A stretch of DNA of 64,000 bases. Origin: Actinomycetes bacterium (GTDB taxonomy: Bacteria > Actinomycetota > Acidimicrobiia > Acidimicrobiales > JAKAVM01). Location: positions 8,917 to 72,916 of the forward strand of contig JAKAWH010000001.1 of assembly GCA_021817065.1 (NCBI GenBank), given 5' to 3'. The position numbers and the translations under genes were made by a program. Numbering within the stretch: the first letter of the stretch is position 1; each line of letters opens with the position of its first letter. Below the pieces are notes generated by a model that was not told where the DNA came from, searched no databases, and saw nothing but the letters and a program-made list of their open reading frames with translations. Positions 44,103 through 53,478 of this stretch are shown here, in pieces.

Positions 44103-45016
44103 CGGGCTTCGCGGTCCTGGCGGCCACCGGTCTTACCTGGCATCTTGGATCCGACCTCCGCCAGCTCACCGCCTACCCGTTCATGGTCAACGCACTTCGG
44201 GCTGGGGCGCTGGTGGCGATGATGGCAGGAGCGGTCGGGTGGTTCATGGTCTTGCGCCGGCAGAGCTTTGCCGGCCATTCCCTTTCGATGATCGCCTTTC
44301 CGGGCGCGTCCGGGGCGATCCTTCTCGGGATCAATCCGTTGATCGGCTACTTCGGCATGACCGGTGTTGCAGCACTGGCGTTCGCTGCGTCTTCACCACG
44401 CGGCGGGCGTGCGGGGAGCCGGGAAGGCGCTGCGCTGATCGGCACTGTCCAGGCGTTCGTTCTGGCGCTCGGCTTCCTTTTCGTCAGCCTCTACAAGGGC
44501 TTGATGAGCGGCCCGATAGCTCTCCTCTTCGGGAGCATCGTCGGGATATCGAATTACGATGTTACGATACTGGCGGTGATCGGGGCGGTTACGGCGGTCG
44601 TGCTCGCGGTAATCGCCCGGCCCCTCTTCTTCGCCACCGTCGACGAGGAAGTGGCGCGGGCTCGGGGGGTCCCGGTCCGCGCCCTGTCGTTCGCGTTCTT
44701 CGTCCTCCTCGGAGTCACTGCTGCCGGCGCTGCCGAGGTGGTCGGTGCAACACTCACCTTCGCCCTCCTTGTCCTTCCCGCGGCGACCGCACAACGTCTA
44801 ACCGCGCGGCCGGTCCTCAGCATGACGATTACCATCGGCCTCTCCATCGGGGTGACGTGGATCGGGATGGCTGCAGCATTCTTCTCCGTTTACCCGATCG
44901 GGTTTTTCGTCACCACCGTTGCCGTAGCCGTCTATGTCGTTGCAGCGGGAATCGAGTTCGCTGCCCGTCGCTCGGGAACCCGGGGGGCCCTCGCGGTGGG
45001 GAAATTCCAGACATGA
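44099..45016 (+). CDS. metal ABC transporter permease (ABC-3 family) 1
   Basis: YPFMVNALRAGALVAMMAGAVGWFMVLRRQSFAGHSLS in a polytopic protein. The TTG start overlaps the ATPase stop (TTGA). Confidence 0.85.
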   Translation: MTGFAVLAATGLTWHLGSDLRQLTAYPFMVNALRAGALVAMMAGAVGWFMVLRRQSFAGHSLSMIAFPGASGAILLGINPLIGYFGMTGVAALAFAASSPRGGRAGSREGAALIGTVQAFVLALGFLFVSLYKGLMSGPIALLFGSIVGISNYDVTILAVIGAVTAVVLAVIARPLFFATVDEEVARARGVPVRALSFAFFVLLGVTAAGAAEVVGATLTFALLVLPAATAQRLTARPVLSMTITIGLSIGVTWIGMAAAFFSVYPIGFFVTTVAVAVYVVAAGIEFAARRSGTRGALAVGKFQT

Positions 45017-45942
45017 CTGCAGGGATCGATCCGTTCACCGGGCTCGCCCATATGCTTTCCCATGCCTATATGCAGCGCGCCTTTGTCGCCGGTTCTCTGG
45101 TCGCGCTCGCATGCGGCTTGTCGGGCTACCCGTTGGTGCTCCGGACCCAAGTCTTCTCGGGAGATGCGCTCTCCCACGTGGCCTTCACCGGCGCGATGTT
45201 CGCGTTGGCGGTCGGCATCGACCTCCGGGTCGGGTTGTTCGCAGGATGCACCGTCGTCGCCCTTGCCATGGCCGTCCTTGGAAGGAGGGGCCTGGCTGAT
45301 GACGCGGTAATCGGAAGCATCTTCGCCTGGATCCTGGGGCTCGGGTCGCTCTTCCTCACCCTCTACACGACCCACCGGAGCGCGCACGGCGGGGGCGTTA
45401 CGGGGGTCACCGCTCTCTTCGGGTCGATTTTCGGAATGACCGCATCGCAAGCGTGGGTGGCAGCCCTGGTGGCGGCGGGGGTCAGCGCGGTGCTTCTCGC
45501 GATCTCCCGCCCACTTCTCTTCGCGTCGGTCGATCCGGAAGTGGCCGTCTCACGGGGGGTGCCGGTAGCTGCGCTGGGATTCGGGTTCCTGATCCTGGTG
45601 GGGGTGACCGCCGGAGAGGCCACCCAAACAGTGGGTGCGCTCCTCATCCTGGGACTGATAGCCGCCCCAGGAGGGACGGCCCAGTACCTGAGCAACCGCC
45701 CATTCCCCGCCATGTTCCTGTCGGGAGGGTTGGCGGTGCTGAGCATCTGGATTGGGCTGTCCATCGCCTATGCAGCGCCCGCGGTGCCTCCCAGCTTCAC
45801 CATCATTGCCGCCTCGACGATCGTCTTTTTCGCTTCGATGGGCGCGTCGCGGGTGAGGAACCGCTCCTCCCGTCCGGCCGGGTCGGTCGATGATGTCGCC
45901 GCCGGTGCCGTCCGGGGTCCGCGTAGCCTGGGGGTCCGATGA
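45013..45942 (+). CDS. metal ABC transporter permease (ABC-3 family) 2
   Basis: The ATG at 45013 overlaps the previous stop (ATGA). MQRAFVAGSLVALACGLSGYPLVLRTQVFSGDALSHVAF. This is the C-terminal part of the long 44041-45942 frame. Confidence 0.85.
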   Translation: MTAGIDPFTGLAHMLSHAYMQRAFVAGSLVALACGLSGYPLVLRTQVFSGDALSHVAFTGAMFALAVGIDLRVGLFAGCTVVALAMAVLGRRGLADDAVIGSIFAWILGLGSLFLTLYTTHRSAHGGGVTGVTALFGSIFGMTASQAWVAALVAAGVSAVLLAISRPLLFASVDPEVAVSRGVPVAALGFGFLILVGVTAGEATQTVGALLILGLIAAPGGTAQYLSNRPFPAMFLSGGLAVLSIWIGLSIAYAAPAVPPSFTIIAASTIVFFASMGASRVRNRSSRPAGSVDDVAAGAVRGPRSLGVR

Positions 45943-46379
45943 AGGTTGAGGAGCTCCACGCAAAGGTGGGATACCGTCTCAGCGGCCGCGCCCAGCGTTA
46001 CACCGAGGTGCGCCGAAGCATCGTGGAACGCCTTTCCCGGTCCGGGCGGCCGCTCACAGTTCCCGAGATTCTCTCCTCGGCGAAGTCGGTTCCACTGTCC
46101 TCCGCCTACCGGAACCTCACCGTTCTCTTGGAGGCGGGTGTTGTGCGCAGGGTGGCCGGTACCGACGACCAAGGGCGTTTCGAACTCGCCGAAGACATCG
46201 CCGGACACCACCACCACCTGGTCTGCGAGGGGTGCGGTACGGTCGACGACGTTCCCTCTTCCACTCGCCTGGAGAGCGTGATGGACGAGGCGGCCCGGCT
46301 GGCCGCCGAGGAGCAGGGCTACGACGTGTGGAGCCACCGATTCGACCTGATCGGGCTGTGCCGCCAGTGCCAGGGGTGA
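45939..46379 (+). CDS. Fur family transcriptional regulator (Zur-like by context)
   Basis: Winged helix RRSIVERLSRSGRPLTVPEILS..., metal sites HHHHLVCEGCG and CRQC. It is ATGA-coupled to the permease gene. Confidence 0.8.
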   Translation: MKVEELHAKVGYRLSGRAQRYTEVRRSIVERLSRSGRPLTVPEILSSAKSVPLSSAYRNLTVLLEAGVVRRVAGTDDQGRFELAEDIAGHHHHLVCEGCGTVDDVPSSTRLESVMDEAARLAAEEQGYDVWSHRFDLIGLCRQCQG

Positions 46380-46443
46380 TCGCGCCAGCGCTTCCCAGCG
46401 GCATCGGCCGGGGATCGCGCCGAGACGGGAGTCTTGAGACGCC

Positions 46444-48081
46444 TCAGGCGGCTGGCTGGCTGTCCTGGCCGGCCGGCGGCCGGTCGCCCGCCCGGCGGTG
46501 CGGGTGGTGGAAGGTGAGATGACTCGCACCACGGCGTGCCGGGAGAAAAGCCAGGCTACCCAGCCCTGCTGCGACCGATACCGCCGCCCCGACTTTCAGC
46601 GATGCACTCATCCCTTCGATGAAAGCGTGGCGGGCGGCCACAGCCAAGAGGTGGCCCGCGGAGCCACCGGCGATGTGGGCCACCATGAGCGCACCCCCGA
46701 GCGAGCCGAGGATGGCTGACCGTGCCGCGGCGGGCATCGGGTGCCCGTGCAGGAGAGGGATCAGGTAGCCCTGGTACCGGGAGGCGAGTACCGAGCCGAT
46801 GATCGCAACCCCCAGCGCGCCTCCGAGCTGGACTGCCGAGCTGTTGGTCGCCGAACCGACCCCGAGCCGGGCGGACGGAAGGGCCCCCATTACCGCGTCG
46901 GTGGCGAGGGGGAAGGCGAGACCCGCGCCACCACCCAGCAGGATAACGCCGACGAGAGCATGCGGGAAGCCATCCGATATGGTCGAAGTGGAGATTTGGA
47001 AAAGTCCGACTCCTACCAGGAGCATCCCCACCGTCACGATGATCTTCGAGCCGATGAAGCGGTCGAGAAAGGTCGCTAGCGGTGCCGCTACCGCGATCAC
47101 TCCGGCTACCGGGAGGATGCGCAAACCCGCGGCGAAGGGGGAATAGCCCAGTGAGAACTGGAAGTACTGGGTAAGGATGAACATCGCCCCCATCAGGGAT
47201 AGAGCAACCAGTGCGAGCGCCGCCATCCCTGCCGAGAATCGGGAGTCATGGAACGTGTCCATCACCAGCATTGGATGGGAAGACTTCTTTTCCCAGAGGA
47301 TCATGACGATCAAGGCGACGACGCCGGCAATACCGACACCGATGATGAGCGGATCGTGCCATCCGCGAGTGGGCGCTTCGATGATCGCTCCCACCAGGGC
47401 TCCCATCCCCACCACCGACAGGATCGCCCCGATCGGGTCGGACCTCCGCGATTCGGGATCACGCGACCCGGGAACCACGATCAGGGCTGCGACTGCTGCA
47501 AGGAATGAAAGGGGAACGTTGATGAGGAATACCGATCCCCACCAGTAGTGGGCCAGAAGCCAACCACCGGCGATCGGTCCGGCCGCCACTCCGATGGCGC
47601 TGGTGGCCGACCAGATTCCGATGGCACCCTTGCGTTCGTCGGCACGCCGGAAGACGGCGGTCAGGATCGACAGGGTCGAGGGCATGATCGCAGCGGCCCC
47701 CACCCCCATCGCGGCTCGCGAGATGATTAGCAGGTTGGCGGTGCCGGAGAACGCCGACGCGGCGGACCCAGCACCGAAGATGAGGAGTCCTGCGATGAAT
47801 ACTGCCTTCCGGCCGATCCTGTCGCCGAGGATACCTGCTGGGAGGAGGAGCCCGGCGAACACGATGACGTAGGAGTCGACCACCCATTCGAGTTGGGTGA
47901 CGGTGGCGTGGAGGTCCCGGACCAGGATCGGGAGTGCCACGTTGATGATGGTGTTGTCGAGCGACGTGACCAGGTAGGCGACGCACAGGACGCTCAGCGC
48001 GAGGTAGGCGGCACGTTTCCACCGTTTGTCGGTCAGGGGCTGTTCCGGCAAATCCGATTTGAGGGGGGCGATGACCATCAT
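46444..48081 (-). CDS. MFS transporter, DHA2 (14-TM) family
   Basis: LDNTIINVALPILVRDLHAT...GILGDRIGRKAVF and 14 hydrophobic segments. Confidence 0.8.
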   Translation of the reverse strand: MMVIAPLKSDLPEQPLTDKRWKRAAYLALSVLCVAYLVTSLDNTIINVALPILVRDLHATVTQLEWVVDSYVIVFAGLLLPAGILGDRIGRKAVFIAGLLIFGAGSAASAFSGTANLLIISRAAMGVGAAAIMPSTLSILTAVFRRADERKGAIGIWSATSAIGVAAGPIAGGWLLAHYWWGSVFLINVPLSFLAAVAALIVVPGSRDPESRRSDPIGAILSVVGMGALVGAIIEAPTRGWHDPLIIGVGIAGVVALIVMILWEKKSSHPMLVMDTFHDSRFSAGMAALALVALSLMGAMFILTQYFQFSLGYSPFAAGLRILPVAGVIAVAAPLATFLDRFIGSKIIVTVGMLLVGVGLFQISTSTISDGFPHALVGVILLGGGAGLAFPLATDAVMGALPSARLGVGSATNSSAVQLGGALGVAIIGSVLASRYQGYLIPLLHGHPMPAAARSAILGSLGGALMVAHIAGGSAGHLLAVAARHAFIEGMSASLKVGAAVSVAAGLGSLAFLPARRGASHLTFHHPHRRAGDRPPAGQDSQPAA

Positions 48082-48249
48082 GCTCCCGCTCTCGGAAGGG
48101 AAGGGACGGCAAGGCCCCGGTCACGAGGAACCACGTTGCAGTATTCCGGCCCGTGTGTGGCCGCCGAAAGAGTCGTTGTACCTGCAGGGCCGGGACCATC
48201 GACCCTGGAAATATGAAACCAGTTATGGATTGCTGGAATCCCACGGAAA

Positions 48250-48936
48250 GTGGGGCCCGCCGGGGAAATCTCGCTACCGGCTACGGTTCCAGAGGTGCTG
48301 GTGCTTCTCCTGGTGGCCCTGTCGGCGTGCCTGGACAATTTCGCAGTAGCCGCTGCGATGGGGATGTCGGGCGTCGACCGCTCGCTCCGCCTGCGGGTGG
48401 GGACGGTCTTCGGGATCTTCGAGGGCGGGATGCCGGTGGTCGGCCTCGTTCTCGGGCGTGCGGTGGCCGGTTCCTTCGCCCGGACAGCCCCGTTACTGGG
48501 CGGAGTTCTCCTCGGTCTCACCGGTGCGTACACGGTGGTCCATGAGCTGTTTGCGTGGAAGAAGGGGGAAAAGGACGGCGGCTGCGCCTCCAAACCGATC
48601 GAAGGGCAGCCCGTAGCCGATGAGCAGGCCCCCCGTCCAGATGCCGGGCGACCCGAATTGACCGGCGGACCGGTTCGCCGACCGGGAACCGTGCGGCTTC
48701 TCGCGACCGGCGCATCGGTGGGCATCGACGAGATGGTGATCGGCTTCGCCCTCGGCACCCACCACGTTGGGATCGTGCCAGCGCTGATCACTTTCACAAC
48801 GGTGAGCGTGGTGGTCTCTCAGATTGGCCTCGGGCTGGGCAGAAGGATGGGAGCTCGCCTCGGGGAACGGGGCGAGATCCTCGGAGGAATCGTGCTGGTC
48901 GGGGTGGGCGTCGCTCTCGGCACCGGATTGCTGTAG
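48250..48936 (+). CDS. MntP-like manganese efflux pump (two DUF204-type halves)
   Basis: LLVALSACLDNFAVAAAMG... and a second half GASVGIDEMVIGFALG, separated by a charged loop. The exact start is uncertain. Confidence 0.65.
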   Translation: MGPAGEISLPATVPEVLVLLLVALSACLDNFAVAAAMGMSGVDRSLRLRVGTVFGIFEGGMPVVGLVLGRAVAGSFARTAPLLGGVLLGLTGAYTVVHELFAWKKGEKDGGCASKPIEGQPVADEQAPRPDAGRPELTGGPVRRPGTVRLLATGASVGIDEMVIGFALGTHHVGIVPALITFTTVSVVVSQIGLGLGRRMGARLGERGEILGGIVLVGVGVALGTGLL

Positions 48937-48943
48937 GGACGCG

Positions 48944-50758
48944 ATGACCGGTATTGGTGCACGGTTCGACGACCTGGTTTCCGGGATGAGTTGGGAGATG
49001 TCCGATCCCCTCGGAGTCCTCACGACCGATGAGCTCGCTGACGTCCCCGCCCTCCTTGATGCAGTCGAGAAGGAGGTTCGGACCGGGGTGGTGGCTGCCG
49101 GGTTCGTCAGCTACGAAGCGGCCCCGGCGTTCGATCGCGCTCTGACCGTGCATTCCGTCAGTGGAGGCGGACCGGTACCCCTTGCATGGTTCGGACTTTT
49201 CGGCCGGCGCCGGCCGGTCGATCGACTCGTTCCTCTGGCCGACCCTCTCGATCTGGCTTGGGAGCCGGAGATCGGCGAGGAGGAGCACGCCTGCGCTGTC
49301 GAGGCGATCAAGGAGGAGATCGCCTCTGGACGTACCTACCAGGCCAACTTCACCGCACGCCTCACTGGCACCTACCGTGGCGAGGTCTTTTCCCTGTACC
49401 GGCGCCTGGCTTCGGGGCAGGGTGGTGCCTACAGCGCTCTCCTGGAGAGCGAGCGGTTCGCGATCGCCTGCGCGTCACCGGAGCTCTTCTTTTCGATGGC
49501 CGGCGAGGCGATCGAGTGCCGTCCTATGAAAGGGACTGCCGGGCGGGGTCGCTTCCCCGCCGAGGACGCGGCCGCCTCTGCCTCCCTGCGGTCATCGGAA
49601 AAGGAGCGCGCCGAGAACCTGATGATAGTCGACCTGGTTCGAAACGACCTGGGGAAGATCGCTCGTAGTGGAACCGTGCGCGCGTCCGATCTCTTCGCCT
49701 GCGAGCGGTACCCCACCCTCTGGCAGCTCACTTCGACGGTGAATGGACGGCTGGTCCCGGGCACCGGTCTCACTGAAGTGTTCTCGGCGTTGTTCCCGTG
49801 CGGCTCGGTTACCGGGGCACCCAAACCGGCCACCATGGGGATCATTTCCCGCTTGGAGCGTTCTCCCCGAGGTGTCTATTGTGGGGCGATAGGAATGGTG
49901 AGCGCCGGGAGCGGAGGTCTCTCGGCACGTTTCGCGGTGGGCATCCGCACCGCCACCATAGACAAGCGCTGCGGGATGGTTATCTACGGCACCGGAGGCG
50001 GAATAACCGCCGATTCGGTTCCCGTTTGCGAGTGGGAGGAACTGTGCGCGAAGGCGAACCTCACCACCGGTTCCCAGCCTCCAGAGGGACTCTTCGAAAC
50101 CTTGCGATTCTCCCCGCAGGAGGGTTTGCACGACCTGCAACGCCACCTGGCCCGAATCCAGGCGTCCGCCGAATTCTTCGGTCTCGAATTTTCGCCGTCG
50201 CAGGCTCGCGAGGTGCTCAACTCCGCCACCCAGGGGCTCCACGGGATCTGGCGGGTACGGCTCGTTCTAGGGCGGGACGGGTCGATGCGAGTGACCACCG
50301 AAGAGTACCCGGAGCCGGCCGAGCATCCGGTACGGCTGGCCGTCGACGAGGAGCCGATCGATGAGCGCGACACTGCCTACTTCCACAAGATCACCGACCG
50401 CTCTGCCTACGCCGACCGTGCAGCGCGCCATCCCGAAGCCGATGACGTCGTGCTCGTCAATCGCCGTGGCGAAGTGACCGAGACATCGCGGGCCAATCTG
50501 GCGGTCCGTTTCGACGGCAGATGGTGGACTCCGCCGGTGGAGAGTGGCCTCCTGGCCGGTGTCGAGCGGGGCCGACTCCTGGACGACGGCGTGCTCGCCG
50601 AACGGGTGATCACCGTCCCCGACCTTTTCGTCGCCGAGGGGCTCGCTACGGTGAGCTCGCTGCGGGGATGGTTGGAGGCAGAGATGGTGGGCAGCAACTA
50701 TCCGCGAAGTCACGAGAGCTCACACGGCGGACCTGGCGGCGGACCTGACGGGATTTGA
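48944..50758 (+). CDS. pabB: aminodeoxychorismate synthase component I fused to a class IV aminotransferase (PabB-PabC-like fusion)
   Basis: Chorismate-binding motifs IECRPMKGT, SEKERAENLMIVDLVRND, FPCGSVTGAPK and RGVYCGAIG. The C-terminal roughly 220 aa have a class IV fold (VLVNRRGEVTETSRANLAV). The ATG at 48944 was used. Confidence 0.85.
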   Translation: MTGIGARFDDLVSGMSWEMSDPLGVLTTDELADVPALLDAVEKEVRTGVVAAGFVSYEAAPAFDRALTVHSVSGGGPVPLAWFGLFGRRRPVDRLVPLADPLDLAWEPEIGEEEHACAVEAIKEEIASGRTYQANFTARLTGTYRGEVFSLYRRLASGQGGAYSALLESERFAIACASPELFFSMAGEAIECRPMKGTAGRGRFPAEDAAASASLRSSEKERAENLMIVDLVRNDLGKIARSGTVRASDLFACERYPTLWQLTSTVNGRLVPGTGLTEVFSALFPCGSVTGAPKPATMGIISRLERSPRGVYCGAIGMVSAGSGGLSARFAVGIRTATIDKRCGMVIYGTGGGITADSVPVCEWEELCAKANLTTGSQPPEGLFETLRFSPQEGLHDLQRHLARIQASAEFFGLEFSPSQAREVLNSATQGLHGIWRVRLVLGRDGSMRVTTEEYPEPAEHPVRLAVDEEPIDERDTAYFHKITDRSAYADRAARHPEADDVVLVNRRGEVTETSRANLAVRFDGRWWTPPVESGLLAGVERGRLLDDGVLAERVITVPDLFVAEGLATVSSLRGWLEAEMVGSNYPRSHESSHGGPGGGPDGI

Positions 50759-50813
50759 ACCCGCGACCTCCGGCTTGACAGGCCGGCGTGCACTCCAGGC
50801 TGCACCACAGGTC
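50739..50813 (-). tRNA. tRNA-Asp (anticodon GTC)
   Basis: Manual fold: acceptor GGACCTG/CAGGTCC, D arm GTGC/GCAC, anticodon arm CCGGC-CTGTCAA-GCCGG, T arm GCGGG-TTCAAAT-CCCGT, discriminator G. Confidence 0.9.
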
Positions 50814-51006
50814 CAGGTTGCTCGACATCCGGCGTGTCCCGTATCGGGGCCGAAAGGTCGAGAGACCTTGGAACCCTAGCACGGGGGAGTAGGGCACCCG
50901 GGTGGTGCCCGGATGGCGCGGGCCACAGGGTGCCGAGCGGGCTCGGAAGGCTGCCAGGCCGCGGCGCGTCGGGAGGTCGGGCCGGATAACGTTCTGGACG
51001 GTTCGG

Positions 51007-51492
51007 TCAGGGCCTTTCCCGGCGTACGACGTCCTCGATCTCGCCGCTCTCCACGTTGTAGACGAATCCCGCGATCATGCGGAGGCCAGAGAGATAAGAG
51101 AGGGAGGCGAGGAGGTCGATGTCCTCGGTGAGGGCGGCCGCGTGGTCGTCGATGGGGAGGAACCCGAGATCGGCACCCGTGCGCTCCTGCAGTTCCTCGT
51201 TGCTCACCCCGGCCAACCCGCACTTGGTGTGCTGCATCACCACCACCGTGTGGACGCCGAGGACGTGGCTCGACAATGCCAGGCTGCGGAGGACGTCTTC
51301 GGTCACCCGGCCGCCCGCGTTGCGGATCACATGTGCCTCGCCCAAGTGGAGCCCGAGGGCTGCGAAGACGTCAATCCTGGCGTCCATACAGGTGACTACA
51401 GCCAGGTGCCTGCTCGGGCGGGGGTCGGCCACGCTGGCGCGGGCAGAGGCATATCCCCGGTTGGCAGCGAGAAGCTGAGCGACGTCGGCCAT
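51007..51492 (-). CDS. beta-class carbonic anhydrase
   Basis: The zinc-ligand context VVTCMDARID ... VVVMQHTKCGL and the HVIRNAGGR motif are typical of small actinobacterial beta-CAs. Confidence 0.85.
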   Translation of the reverse strand: MADVAQLLAANRGYASARASVADPRPSRHLAVVTCMDARIDVFAALGLHLGEAHVIRNAGGRVTEDVLRSLALSSHVLGVHTVVVMQHTKCGLAGVSNEELQERTGADLGFLPIDDHAAALTEDIDLLASLSYLSGLRMIAGFVYNVESGEIEDVVRRERP

Positions 51493-51552
51493 GGTGATCG
51501 GGAATCCTATCCGCAGGCGATGTCTTTGCCGAAGGCGGGCGTGCCCGCCGGG

Positions 51553-53400
51553 TCAGGTTCCCGGAGGCGAAGGCGACCGGGCCTCCGGTGTGCCCGCCTC
51601 GGACCGCCGGTACCACGAACGCCAGATGAGCCGGTGGATGGGGATCTTTCGCGGTATGTCGCGCAGCCCGGGGATGAAGGGCACCGCCAGGAGAAGGATG
51701 GTAGCCACTCCAGTCAGATAGATGGCGATGAGATCGACGTTGGCCGAGTTCCGGAAGCCCGGGAGCTGGTACCAGAGCTGGTAAAGCCACAGCCAGGGCT
51801 GGCCGGGGAAGCTGCCGGTCTCGTTCATCACCCCCCACTGGGTTCCCGTGAGATGTTCCGCGTGTGCCCGAGAGGCGAAGTAGCTGCCATCTTCGAGGAA
51901 CAGCAGGGGTCCGGTGAAGTTGGTGCCGTAAAAGGACTGGTTGGCGATCAAGTCGGCGTCCAGCGCTCCACTCCTTGCCAGGTCGAGCTCGGTGGCAAGC
52001 AGGCTCGGCACCGGCCCGTCGTCGGCGGCCGGGACAGTGGGTCGCTTCCCGTGGAAGACGACATGGGGGAGGACCGCGAGATAGGCGTTCGCCCACGCCC
52101 GTTGTTCCGAGGCAGGCGCGATGCGGAACGCGCTCAACGCAGGGTTATTTGGCTCGAACCGGGTGAGCGGGGCGACGACGAAAGCGCGGCCGGGAACGAT
52201 TGGCTGGCGTACTCCGGCGAGCTTCTGCCAGGAGACACCGATCCTCTGTACGTTGCCACTGCCATAGTTGTAGGGAGGACCGTAATGCGACGTCTCGCTC
52301 GTACCGGCGAGTTCGCTTGCGGCGGTTCCCAGGAAGTCTGCGGGGGCGGCCTGCGCCCAAGTACGGATGGTCAGGGGAGGGATATCGGGTGACGACAGGA
52401 GGCCAGCGAGGAGCACGGTGAGGATGATGGCGACCATGGCGGCGATTGCGCCTTCCTTGAGAATGTCGTAGCGCCTGGTAGGTCCGCGCCACTCGACTGC
52501 TTCGGCTCTTCTCTGCGCCCGCCGTGCCGAGCGACCACCCCCAACTTCGGCACCGGCCGGGTCGGCGTCGATCGGATGGGCGACACCCCTCACCCTCACC
52601 AGCAGGACGTGGGCACCGACCAATGTGACAAGCAGAAGAGGAAAAAGTACGACGTGCCAGAGCAGCATCTGGCCGAAGTTCATCAGGTTGAAAAACGCGC
52701 CGACCCCGGCCGAGTTGAATGCGTCCTTCCCGTTGGTGGCGATCCACTGGGAATCGAAGTTCTGCTGGGAGAGGTACCCGGTGAACGCCTCTCCCACCGA
52801 TGCTACGAACGCGAGCACTCCGGTCACCCAGGTGCGCCCCCGGCGCCCCCGCCAGGCCGCCATCCAGAACTTGCCCCAGAGGTGGATCACCATGAATGCC
52901 ATGAAGATCTCGACGCTCCAGAGATGGAGGCTGTTGAAAAAGTGCCCCACCGGATTGGTGTGCCACCAGTCCACCCCGCCGAGGGCGATGGCGAACCCCG
53001 AGACGATCACCACGCCGAGGGCGGAGAGGGTGGCGATCCCGAACACGTAGACCCACGAGGCGACGTAGGCAGGCTGCCTGTCGGGGATGAGGCGCTCGGG
53101 GGGGAGCAGGGCCATCATCCGCCGGCGGAGGCGCGCCGTCCACATGGCCGATCCGCTGTCGGCAGCAGGAACCGCCGCTGGAGGTCGAGTGGGCTCGTCG
53201 CCGGAGCCGCTCGCCACCTCGTCCAGCGCATCCGCGTCGGTTGAAGCCTTGTGGGAAGGGAACGGCACGATTAGGGCGAGGCCGAAAATGATCGCCATCA
53301 CCACGATGAGCACCAGGTTCGACTCGGAGATGGTGAAGACGTTCCAGTGGAGGTAACGACCTGGTTCGCTTAGATCGATGGAGGCGAGGAAGCCGGGCAT
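51553..53400 (-). CDS. cytochrome b (b6-type N-terminal di-heme domain) fused to a large extracytoplasmic domain of unknown function
   Basis: Helix B is HLWSVEIFMAFMVIH (H-x13-H), followed by W..G...FTGYL, and helix D is HVVLFPLLLVTLVGAH (H-x14-H). There is an extra N-terminal TM. Two further TMs bracket a soluble loop of about 250 aa. I saw no PEWY-type Qo motif. Confidence 0.75.
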   Translation of the reverse strand: MPGFLASIDLSEPGRYLHWNVFTISESNLVLIVVMAIIFGLALIVPFPSHKASTDADALDEVASGSGDEPTRPPAAVPAADSGSAMWTARLRRRMMALLPPERLIPDRQPAYVASWVYVFGIATLSALGVVIVSGFAIALGGVDWWHTNPVGHFFNSLHLWSVEIFMAFMVIHLWGKFWMAAWRGRRGRTWVTGVLAFVASVGEAFTGYLSQQNFDSQWIATNGKDAFNSAGVGAFFNLMNFGQMLLWHVVLFPLLLVTLVGAHVLLVRVRGVAHPIDADPAGAEVGGGRSARRAQRRAEAVEWRGPTRRYDILKEGAIAAMVAIILTVLLAGLLSSPDIPPLTIRTWAQAAPADFLGTAASELAGTSETSHYGPPYNYGSGNVQRIGVSWQKLAGVRQPIVPGRAFVVAPLTRFEPNNPALSAFRIAPASEQRAWANAYLAVLPHVVFHGKRPTVPAADDGPVPSLLATELDLARSGALDADLIANQSFYGTNFTGPLLFLEDGSYFASRAHAEHLTGTQWGVMNETGSFPGQPWLWLYQLWYQLPGFRNSANVDLIAIYLTGVATILLLAVPFIPGLRDIPRKIPIHRLIWRSWYRRSEAGTPEARSPSPPGT

Positions 53401-53478
53401 GGTGCCAGCCTGCCGCGTCGGAGCCGGTGGGGCAAGGGTATTGCGATCGCGCTCCCCGGGGATACGCCGAAAGATGTT

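Noticed and set aside
50893-50911. The hairpin GGGCACC-cgggt-GGTGCCC downstream of the carbonic anhydrase gene as a terminator.
   Set aside because: There is no U-tract on either strand, and GC-rich hairpins of this size are common by chance in this composition.
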